Source of the DNA: Deltaproteobacteria bacterium
Lineage (GTDB): Bacteria; Myxococcota_A; Polyangia; Polyangiales; Houyiibacteriaceae
Reading direction: 5' to 3'
Length of the DNA: 64,000 nucleotides
NCBI GenBank assembly: GCA_034670305.1
Contig: JAXMNT010000030.1
Location: 29,026 to 93,025, forward strand
A program made the position numbers and the translations under genes. Position 1 is the stretch's first letter. Every line of letters begins with the position of its first letter. This document shows positions 10,568 to 19,512 of this stretch, piece by piece. Under the pieces are notes generated by a model. That model did no database searches. It saw nothing but the letters and a program-made list of their open reading frames with translations, and had not been told where the DNA came from.

Positions 10568-11289
10568 TCGTCGTCACCGGATGCCGCCGCTCCGGCACGT
10601 CGTTGTGGATGCAGATCCTCTCCGAAGCCGGTCTGCCGATCGTGGGCGAAGCGTTCGCCCCGGAGCTCGAACCGCTCGCCGACGCGAACCCCAATGGGTT
10701 CTACGAGTCCGAACACCGCTACGGGGTGGTGGGCGAAGCGGACGCGCTTCGCGGACAGGTCTTGAAGATGTTCGCGCCCGGCCTGCTCGAAGTCGACGAG
10801 GACGAGCTCGAACGGGTTCTGTTCTGTCTCCGGCCCTGGCGCGCCCACGTCGCCTCGACGACCGCGTTCGAAGTGCTCGAGGCCGAAGCGCTCGGGGAAG
10901 AGATCCCGCAGTCGATGCCGCCCGCGCTCGAGTGGTGGTTCGAGAACTACTGCTTGCTCGGGGACTTCGCCGAGCGGGACTACCCGATGATGATGGTCGC
11001 CTACGACCTGGTCCTCGAGAAGCCGCTGGAGACGATCCAGCGGGCGCTGGTGTTCCTCGACCAGGACGAAGGGCTGGCCGAACACGCCGTGCAGGTCGTC
11101 GACCCATCGCTGCGCCACGCCGATGCCTCGACCGAGGTCGAAGTGGACCTCCCGGACGAGGTGCTGGCCACCTTCGATGCGTTCTACGACCGGGTCCGCA
11201 ACCGCGACGCGTTCGACGACGCGTTCGTCGACCGACTCAGCGCGACCCACGAAGCGGTGATGCCGCTCATCGAACCCCACCTCGAATAA
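10564..11289 (+). CDS. Sulfotransferase-like P-loop protein
   Basis: N-terminal VTGCRRSGTSLWMQIL and NPNGFYE; 4-nt overlap with the TldD gene. Confidence 0.7.
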   Translation: MIVVTGCRRSGTSLWMQILSEAGLPIVGEAFAPELEPLADANPNGFYESEHRYGVVGEADALRGQVLKMFAPGLLEVDEDELERVLFCLRPWRAHVASTTAFEVLEAEALGEEIPQSMPPALEWWFENYCLLGDFAERDYPMMMVAYDLVLEKPLETIQRALVFLDQDEGLAEHAVQVVDPSLRHADASTEVEVDLPDEVLATFDAFYDRVRNRDAFDDAFVDRLSATHEAVMPLIEPHLE

Positions 11290-11574
11290 AAGTAGCGGCC
11301 GCAGTTCGTTGCGAGGTCCCGCGAAGCGGGCCAGTCCTCGAACAGCACCAACGAGTCAGGCGGCTCCACCCGTGCACCTGCGCAGCGCAGGCCGAGCAAC
11401 TGGTGCACTCCCCAAGTGCACACAGAGCGCCTCAAGGAGCGCCTGGGCGCAGCCGCCAATCGCATCAAGAGGGTTCTCCAAGGACCCATCGAATGGCGGC
11501 GAGCACGTGCAGGCAGCGACGGGCGCGAATTGGGGCCGCCAGTCCCGCGAAGCGGGCCACGCCCGTAGTGGCAA

Positions 11575-11616
11575 TTAAAAAGCGCGGCCGCAACGAGGGG
11601 GGTCGTTGCGGCCGCG
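11575..11616 (-). terminator. Rho-independent terminator
   Basis: CGCGGCCGCAACGA-CCCCCC-TCGTTGCGGCCGCG followed by CTTTTTAA on the minus strand. Confidence 0.85.
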
Positions 11617-11684
11617 AGATTGGGAAATGGCGAGCTGAGCGTAGGGGGGGGGAACGACGCTCGGGCGCATCGCCACTTCACCCA
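11575..11684 (-). ncRNA. Putative sigma54-dependent small RNA with C-rich loops (Pxr-like architecture)
   Basis: Upstream -24/-12 motif, a long stem-loop with a C9-containing loop, then a perfect 14-bp hairpin with a C6 loop and a U-run; no credible ORF. Confidence 0.7.
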
Positions 11685-11691
11685 ACTACCT

Positions 11692-11708
11692 ATGCGATAA
11701 TGGTGCCA
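11692..11708 (-). promoter_or_regulatory. Putative sigma54 promoter of the sRNA
   Basis: TGGCACCATTATCGCAT: GG-N10-GC spacing with the TGGCAC core. Confidence 0.7.
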
Positions 11709-11774
11709 ACCGAAAAGGCGAATGATCTTCACGGATGGGATCCGCTCTGGTTTCAGACGCGCAATGGGGCCGTT

Positions 11775-12875
11775 TCAAGAATGGAATTTTCGTCTCATTT
11801 TCCTACCGAATGCAAAGAGCAGCAGTCCGCCCAGCGCGAACGCCGCCGGCCTGGCCCACTCCCGGATCCGGCCGGCATGCAGCCAGCTCTGACGGGGCGG
11901 CAGGGTCACGACTTCGGGTAGGTGCAGGGGGGCGTCCAGCGGCGCGCGCATCGGAGCCAACAAGCCCTCCATCGAAGGAGCGGTGATCGTGATGGCGTTC
12001 ATGACCTCCCGCTCGACCCCCCGGACATAGACCATCTCGCGGCCCGACTTGGTGCGGCGCGACCGGCGGACCTCGCCTTCCTCGCGGCGCACCCCGAAGC
12101 CCAGCTGCTCTTCCCAGCGACTGCCGCTCGGCGCGTTCATGACGCCGCCGAGACGCTCCACGAAGAGGGTGCTCGAGCCGCCGCCGTCCAGGTTGAGGGC
12201 ACGGTGGGCGCCGAGCTCCGCGAGGGTGCGCGCCAGCTCGTACATCGTGAGCCCGACGCTGTGCTCTTGCCGCCCGTCGGTGACGAGCAACCACAAGGTG
12301 TTGCCGGTGCGGGAGACGGCCGCGGCCGTTCGCGGCTGCCGCATGTTGGCCGTGGCGACCGGGTCGAGCGACTCGGTATCGACCTCGCCGTCGCGGACCA
12401 GCATCGGGCGGCCAGAGGTCCCTTGCAGGATGCGGTCGGGTACGGGATCGAGCACTTCTTCGGGTGGACTGATGAAGGCGCGGCCATTGCGACCGAACCC
12501 CAGAAAGCCGAAGACGTAGTTGTCGGCGGTGTCCTCCCACGGCTCGTCGTCTGTGACGTGCAGTCCGGCTGGCTGTGCGAAGGTCTCCCAGAACCCGCCG
12601 TTCACCGCGACCGCGGCCCCCTGGGTCCGCGCGTGGTCGCCCACGGTCTGCCAACGTTCGTCTCGGCCACTCACCCGCACGTCCACGCCGTCGTGGCGAA
12701 GGTCGATCTCCAGGACGTGGATGGTGCAGGGCGCCGTGGTGACGCGGCGTAGGTACCGGATGCCCGGGTTCGGCTCCGACCAGACGTCGTAGAACTCGAC
12801 CGGGGGTCGTTCGCGCTCCTGGGCAGCGGCAGGCAGGGCGGACACAAGACAGAGAACGAGGATGAAGAGGCGCAC
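11775..12875 (-). CDS. Phosphodiester glycosidase (NAGPA-like) family secreted protein with C-terminal anchor
   Basis: Signal peptide; AVNGGFW, PRTAAA, VTDGR, ALNLDGGGSSTL motifs; C-terminal TM and basic tail. Confidence 0.88.
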   Translation of the reverse strand: MRLFILVLCLVSALPAAAQERERPPVEFYDVWSEPNPGIRYLRRVTTAPCTIHVLEIDLRHDGVDVRVSGRDERWQTVGDHARTQGAAVAVNGGFWETFAQPAGLHVTDDEPWEDTADNYVFGFLGFGRNGRAFISPPEEVLDPVPDRILQGTSGRPMLVRDGEVDTESLDPVATANMRQPRTAAAVSRTGNTLWLLVTDGRQEHSVGLTMYELARTLAELGAHRALNLDGGGSSTLFVERLGGVMNAPSGSRWEEQLGFGVRREEGEVRRSRRTKSGREMVYVRGVEREVMNAITITAPSMEGLLAPMRAPLDAPLHLPEVVTLPPRQSWLHAGRIREWARPAAFALGGLLLFAFGRKMRRKFHS

Positions 12876-12987
12876 GCAGGGTTGCAGTGCAAGGGCGGAT
12901 CCCGGCGAAAACGTCAATGATTGCGGGATTCTGCGGCCGTCGTTCGCGTGTGTTCGGAGACACCGCCGCGTCTGCGCAGCCACGATC

Positions 12988-13078
12988 CGAAGAAGAAGAA
13001 GAAGCCGAAGCCGAAGCCGAAGCCGATCCCGAAGCCGAAGCCGAGGCCGAAGGCGATCCCGAAGCCGAAGCCGACCCC
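12988..13078. repeat. (GAA)n/(GCCGAA)n low-complexity tract in a divergent intergenic region
   Basis: Directly visible; similar tracts near 21627-21650 and 22785-22822. Confidence 0.8.
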
Positions 13079-13117
13079 GTCCCGTTGCTCGCTCTCTACC
13101 ATGTGGTAGGGAGCGGG

Positions 13118-14029
13118 ATGGCCATCTCCACCCGTCACGTCCGCCACCAGTGGCCGGTGCTCGGCGCGCTCGCCCGCTCCGCGGTGTTGGCCGTTCGCAA
13201 CCGCAACGTGTCGGGGGCGCCGCCCAAGACGCCGGGGCCTTGGTTTCGCGCCAGCCTGCCACCGCGGGATCCGCAGCTCATCCGCGACTACATCCGGCAC
13301 GTGGGCGGCGATCCTTCGCTCCACAAACGGACGGTGCCGGCGCACCTCTTTCCGCAGTGGACGTTCCCCCTCCAAGCCCAGGCGCTCGAAGGGCTGCCTT
13401 ACCCGATGCAGAAGGTGCTCAACGGCGGTTGCCTGCTCGAGCAGCACACGCCGCTGCCGCAAAACGAACGGCTCGAGGTCGCCACCCGGCTCGACCACGT
13501 GGACGACGACGGCCGGCGCGCGGTGCTCCGGTTTCTCGCCACGACGGGCACCAAGAGCTGCCCCGACGCGTTGACCGCCCACCTCTACGCCATCGTGCCG
13601 CTTGCGAAGAAGTCGGACGACGGACAGCCGCGCGCGAAGAAGGTCCCCGTCCGGGTCCCAGACGACGCGCGCGAGGTCGGCTGGTGGAAACTCCGCGCAG
13701 ACGCCGGGCTCGACTTCGCGAAGCTGACCGGCGACTTCAACCCCGTCCACTGGGTGCCGCCCTACGCGCGCGCGTTCGGATTCCGGAGCTGCATCTTGCA
13801 TGGCTTCTCCACGTTTGCGCGCACCTGGGAAGGGCTGCGTACCTCGCTCCGCCAAGAGCCCACCAAACTCGACGTGCGGTTCACCAAACCGTTGCTGCTG
13901 CCGGCGCGCGTCGGCCTCTACCTCTCCCCGGACGACGCCGAGCCGTCCGCGCCTCCCGCACACGCCGGACGCGTCTTCGTCGGAGACGCCCCAAGCGGCC
14001 CGGCCTACCTCGAAGGAACCTACGCATGA
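13118..14029 (+). CDS. MaoC-like double hot-dog (R)-hydratase/dehydratase (HtdX-like)
   Basis: FAKLTGDFNPVH, ILHG and VRFTKPLLLP motifs; start ATG 13118. Confidence 0.85.
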   Translation: MAISTRHVRHQWPVLGALARSAVLAVRNRNVSGAPPKTPGPWFRASLPPRDPQLIRDYIRHVGGDPSLHKRTVPAHLFPQWTFPLQAQALEGLPYPMQKVLNGGCLLEQHTPLPQNERLEVATRLDHVDDDGRRAVLRFLATTGTKSCPDALTAHLYAIVPLAKKSDDGQPRAKKVPVRVPDDAREVGWWKLRADAGLDFAKLTGDFNPVHWVPPYARAFGFRSCILHGFSTFARTWEGLRTSLRQEPTKLDVRFTKPLLLPARVGLYLSPDDAEPSAPPAHAGRVFVGDAPSGPAYLEGTYA

Positions 14030-15459
14030 GCAACGATCTCTTGCTGCAACTCAGCAGCAACCCTCAGAGCCGGAAGATGATCCAGTCGCTCGGCCTTCCA
14101 CTGCCGATGCCGCAGAAGCTCGCTCGCGCCCGCGGCGCGTACGAGGAGCGACCGATCGCGGACGCTTCGGTGCTGCTTGGCGGCGCGCTCACGGGTGAGG
14201 TCGGTCGGGCGATCGCCGGCACCGTCATCCGCGCCGGTGGCGATCCGATCGTAGGCGACCTCGACGAGTCCGCGTCGGCGATGCTGGCGCGTCTCGGGGA
14301 AGCTTGGGGCCGTCCCGCCCGCGAGGTGTCCGAGCTCGGTGAGACCGGCCGCCTCGAGTGCATCGTCTTCGATGCGACGGGCATCGAAGAACCCGCGGCG
14401 CTGCGCACGCTCTACGACCACTTTCATCCGCACCTGCGGCGTCTGCTCCCATGCGGCCGGGTCGTGGTCGTCGGACGGCCGCCCGAAGAAGGCAGCGCCG
14501 TCGCGGCCGGCGCGCGGCATGCACTCGATGGATTCGTGCGCAGCCTCGCGAAGGAGGTCGGCCGCCGCGGGTCGACCGCGAACTTGGTCGTGCTCGAGTC
14601 CGGCGCCGAAGCGCGCCTCGAACCGGTCTTGCGGTTCCTGCTCTCGAAACGATCCGCCTACGTGACTTGCCAGCCAATCCGCGTCTCGCGGCTCGCGGCC
14701 GGCGCGAACGAGTTCCCGGCGGTGCGTCCACTCGACGGCAAAACCGTGCTCGTCACCGGCGCCGCCCGCGGCATCGGTGCCGCGACCGCGGAGATCCTCG
14801 CCGCTGAAGGTGCGCACGTCGTGGTGCTCGACCGGCCCGCGGACGACGGACCCGCGAGCAAGGTCGCGCGCGCGATCGGCGGTTCGGTGCTGCTGCAAGA
14901 CATCACCGACGCGGACGCGCCGGCGGAGATCACCAAAGCGATGTCGGCCCGAGGCGGGGTCGACGTCGTGATCCACAACGCCGGCATCACCCGCGATCGC
15001 ACCCTGCCCAAGATGAAGTCCGAGAACTGGGATCTCGCCCTCGACGTGAACCTCGGCGCGGTCGCTCGGATCAACGAAGCGTTGCTGGCCGCGGACGCCA
15101 TCCGCGAGGGCGGGCGAATCGTCTGCCTGAGTTCGGTCGCCGGGCTGGCGGGCAACGTGGGCCAGACCAACTACGCCGCGTCCAAAGCGGGCATCGTCGG
15201 ATACGTCCGGCGTCTGGCGCTCGACGTCGCGGACCGCGGCATCACAGTCAACGCGATCGCGCCCGGCTTCATCGAGACCCGGCTCACTGCGGCGATGCCG
15301 GTGATGATCCGGGAAGCCGCGCGCCGGCTCTCCGCGCTCGGACAAGGCGGCCAGCCCGCCGACGTCGGGCAGGCGATCACCTTCCTCTCGACCCCCGGTT
15401 CGGTAGGCGTCAGCGGCCAGGTGCTGCGCGTCTGCGGCGGCGCCTTGGTCGGCGCCTAG
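14026..15459 (+). CDS. High-molecular-weight 3-oxoacyl reductase (FabG4-like SDR)
   Basis: Extra N-terminal domain plus TGAARGIG, NAGITRD and YAASK; ATGA overlap with the MaoC gene. Confidence 0.9.
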   Translation: MSNDLLLQLSSNPQSRKMIQSLGLPLPMPQKLARARGAYEERPIADASVLLGGALTGEVGRAIAGTVIRAGGDPIVGDLDESASAMLARLGEAWGRPAREVSELGETGRLECIVFDATGIEEPAALRTLYDHFHPHLRRLLPCGRVVVVGRPPEEGSAVAAGARHALDGFVRSLAKEVGRRGSTANLVVLESGAEARLEPVLRFLLSKRSAYVTCQPIRVSRLAAGANEFPAVRPLDGKTVLVTGAARGIGAATAEILAAEGAHVVVLDRPADDGPASKVARAIGGSVLLQDITDADAPAEITKAMSARGGVDVVIHNAGITRDRTLPKMKSENWDLALDVNLGAVARINEALLAADAIREGGRIVCLSSVAGLAGNVGQTNYAASKAGIVGYVRRLALDVADRGITVNAIAPGFIETRLTAAMPVMIREAARRLSALGQGGQPADVGQAITFLSTPGSVGVSGQVLRVCGGALVGA

Positions 15460-15545
15460 CCTTCGACCCCCATCGCGGCGATGGTCCACCTCGGCCGCGC
15501 CCAACCTTCCCTGCGTTCACGCGTCTCCATTCGAAAAGAAGCACC

Positions 15546-17084
15546 ATGGCCACCCGAAAAAAGTCCGACGACAAGAAGAAGAAGAAGAGCTCGAGCGGCG
15601 ACACCAAGAGCGAGAAAAAGAAGAAGAAGAGTTCTTCTGGGGAGATCACCGCGACCTCCAAGACCGCCGCAGGCGACAAGTCCGGCAAGACCAAACGAAA
15701 GCGCGCCGAAGCATCGGACGCCAAAGCGCCGCGTTCGCGTCGGGCGACCACCCGGAAAAGCGCTCGCAAGAGCACGTCGAGTGGCAGCGGCAATGGCCGA
15801 CGCGCGGTGATCATCGGTGGTGTGCGCACCCCGTTCGTCAAAGCGTTCGGCGCCTTCCTCGAGCTCGACACGATCGCGCTCGGCGTGGCCGCGACCAGCG
15901 CCCTGATCGAACGCACCGGCGTGCCCCGCGACGCGATCGACGCCATCGTCTGGGGCGGCGTGATCCTTCCGTCCGCCGCACCGAACGTCGGGCGTGAGAT
16001 CGCGCTCGACTTGAAGCTGCCGGCGAGCGTCGAAGGCATGACCGTGACCCGCGCATGCGCCTCGGGCTTGCAGGCGGTCACTTTGGCCGCGGCCGCGATC
16101 GAACGCGGCGAAGCCGATGTGATCATCGCCGGTGGCTCCGACTCGACCAGCAACGCCGAAGTGAAGTTGCCACAGAAGGTCGTGCACGCGATGGCGCCCA
16201 TCGCGTTCGGCAAAGCCAAGGGCGCACGCGACTACCTCGGCGTGCTCTCCCAGCTGATGCCGATCAGCGAGATCCTTCCAAAGATGCCGAAGATCGCCGA
16301 GCGCACCACCGGCGAGGTCATGGGCGAGTCCGCCGAGAAGATGGCACGCCGCAACGAAATCACGCGTGAAGCCCAAGACGCGCTCGCCGCCCGTTCCCAC
16401 GCCCGCGCCGCGGCCGCGATCGCTTCGGGGCGGTTCGACAAGGAGGTCACGCCGGTCACCACGCCGGATGGCAAGGTGGTCTATACCGACGACATCGTGC
16501 GCGACGACACGAGCGAGGCGAAGCTCGCCAAACTCCGGCCGGTCTTTGCGAAGAAGGGTCAGGGCGGCACCGTCACGGCCGGCAACGCGAGCCCCCTGAC
16601 CGACGGCGCGTCCGCGGTCTTGCTCATGAGCGAAGAAGCCGCCGAACGGCTCGGACTCGTGCCGCTGGCCGCGATCAAGAGCTGGTCCTACGTGGGCGTG
16701 GACCCCGCCGACCAGCTGCTCATCGGACCCGCGCTCGCGATGCCCAAGGCGCTCGATCGCGCCGGCATCACGCTGGACGAGTGCGAACTCGTCGACCTGC
16801 ACGAAGCGTTCGCGGCGCAGGTGCTTTGCGTCACCAAAGCGCTCGCCAGCGATGCGTTCGCGCAGGAGCGGCTCGACCGGCCGACCGCGGTCGGCACCAT
16901 CGACGAAGCGATCCTCAACGTGCACGGCGGCTCGATCGCGATCGGCCACCCGTTCGGCGCGACCGGCGCCCGCATGGTCACCACGATGGCCAACGAGCTC
17001 CACGATCGCGGCGCGAAGTACGCGATCCTCGGCCTCTGCGCCGCCGGCGGCCTGGGCGCCGCCGCGGTCCTCGAACGGATCTGA
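15546..17084 (+). CDS. Acetyl-CoA C-acyltransferase (FadI/FadA2-type thiolase) with Lys/Ser-rich N-terminal extension
   Basis: RACASG catalytic Cys, HEAFAAQ, GHPFGATG and CAAGG motifs. Confidence 0.92.
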   Translation: MATRKKSDDKKKKKSSSGDTKSEKKKKKSSSGEITATSKTAAGDKSGKTKRKRAEASDAKAPRSRRATTRKSARKSTSSGSGNGRRAVIIGGVRTPFVKAFGAFLELDTIALGVAATSALIERTGVPRDAIDAIVWGGVILPSAAPNVGREIALDLKLPASVEGMTVTRACASGLQAVTLAAAAIERGEADVIIAGGSDSTSNAEVKLPQKVVHAMAPIAFGKAKGARDYLGVLSQLMPISEILPKMPKIAERTTGEVMGESAEKMARRNEITREAQDALAARSHARAAAAIASGRFDKEVTPVTTPDGKVVYTDDIVRDDTSEAKLAKLRPVFAKKGQGGTVTAGNASPLTDGASAVLLMSEEAAERLGLVPLAAIKSWSYVGVDPADQLLIGPALAMPKALDRAGITLDECELVDLHEAFAAQVLCVTKALASDAFAQERLDRPTAVGTIDEAILNVHGGSIAIGHPFGATGARMVTTMANELHDRGAKYAILGLCAAGGLGAAAVLERI

Positions 17085-17150
17085 CCCGACCCGAACTCGC
17101 GGCGGGTTGGGTCGCGAGCGACCCATACGAACGCGCTCAGAGCGCGTTCG

Positions 17151-18323
<1,173 letters not shown>

Positions 18324-18352
18324 GTGTTCTCCTGAGACATAGGCGGGGGAGC

Positions 18353-19510
18353 CTATGCGTTGTGGTGGGCGAAAGTCGAGGGTGGCTGCAGAACCGACGC
18401 CACCGGCTGGGCCCGATCGAGGATCGACGCCGCGAACTGCACCGCGTCCTCGCCGGCCTGCTTGGCGCGTTCCACCGCGCGCGCCTGCACCGACGCCCGG
18501 TCTACGTCCTGCAGTTCGAGCAAATGTTCGAGCGGTCCCTCGTGGCGGAGCAGCGCCGGCAGAACCGCCGCGAAGAGCTCTTCGTCGCCCACGGCCGGCT
18601 CGTCCTTCGGGGTGTGGCCGGTGCGGGCGTCGAGGACCTCGAGCAGCTGCAACTCCGCGAGGAAGACGAGGGCCACGTAGAGGAACTCGGGCGGTGGGCC
18701 CAGCGCGTGCAGCACGCGGAGCGCGTGGCCGAACGGCTGCGCGATGTGGCCGGTGCCGTCCTTCACGATCGCCTGCACGATCCCGTTGCGCAGGGTCGCG
18801 TCGCTCAGACACGCGAGCGTGGCCTGTCCGAACTGCAACGTCGGCACCAGATCCGCCCGCAGCAGCTCCGTCACCGGCGACCGCGCGAGCAGCGCGCGCA
18901 GCTGGGTGTCCAACGTCAGCCCCGGTTCGTCTTCGCTCCAGAGCTGCACCATGCGCTTGCGGGTCTTCTCTTCTCGCACGAAGCGCAGGCGCGGCATGGC
19001 CGTCACGTTGGCGGGCGGGGGACGCCCGAAGAAGCGGTACGTGTACGCCCAGTTCTTCACGACGGTGTCTTCGCGCTCCGCCTCCAGCGCCCGTTGCAAG
19101 ACCGCGTGTCGGGCCAGCGCTTCCCCGCGGGTCTGGGGCGCGGGGATCTGCGCGATGATCGCCGCCGTCCACTCCAGGATCGGCCGCCGCGCGCCCCGAG
19201 AGAACGTTCGGTCGAGCATGGGATCGGTGAGGATCGTGAGGTTGTGCAGCGCCATCGCCACCTGCACCGCGCCAGCGTCCGGGAAGGGGACGTGGTCGAC
19301 CGCGGCGACCTCCGAGGCGAGCCGATGCATCCAGATCCGAATGTCCTGTTCGACGTTGGGGTCGACCGGCTGGGCGAGCGAGAAGTGTTCGGTGACGCTT
19401 GCGGAGAGCGGTCGCGTGAGCTGCGCGGTGCCGCCCACGAAGAGCGGGTGAAGAAAGCCGGTGACGAACTCCTCGTAGAGCGCGTGCACCTTGGTGGCGT
19501 CGTCTGCCAC
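18353..19510 (-). CDS. Conserved hypothetical protein, possibly FtsH-ternary-system X6-like
   Basis: Protein-like ORF co-oriented between the MoxR gene and its upstream partner; FLHPLFVGG...RP and LHNL segments recalled as similar to ternary-system domains (unverified). Confidence 0.6.
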   Translation of the reverse strand: MADDATKVHALYEEFVTGFLHPLFVGGTAQLTRPLSASVTEHFSLAQPVDPNVEQDIRIWMHRLASEVAAVDHVPFPDAGAVQVAMALHNLTILTDPMLDRTFSRGARRPILEWTAAIIAQIPAPQTRGEALARHAVLQRALEAEREDTVVKNWAYTYRFFGRPPPANVTAMPRLRFVREEKTRKRMVQLWSEDEPGLTLDTQLRALLARSPVTELLRADLVPTLQFGQATLACLSDATLRNGIVQAIVKDGTGHIAQPFGHALRVLHALGPPPEFLYVALVFLAELQLLEVLDARTGHTPKDEPAVGDEELFAAVLPALLRHEGPLEHLLELQDVDRASVQARAVERAKQAGEDAVQFAASILDRAQPVASVLQPPSTFAHHNA

Positions 19511-19512
19511 CG

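Noticed and set aside
11184-11986. Small ORFs across the 11290-11775 intergenic region
   Set aside because: Atypical composition, no motifs, and they run through a terminator and homopolymer loops; an RNA explanation fits better.
12862-14025. Apparent N-terminal fusions in the ORF track (12862-15459, 17151-19550, 18353-21415, 34441-37545, 30421-32022)
   Set aside because: The extensions are R/P/A-rich shadow translations overlapping real neighbouring genes; internal starts with 4-nt overlaps, an RBS or promoter motifs fit better.
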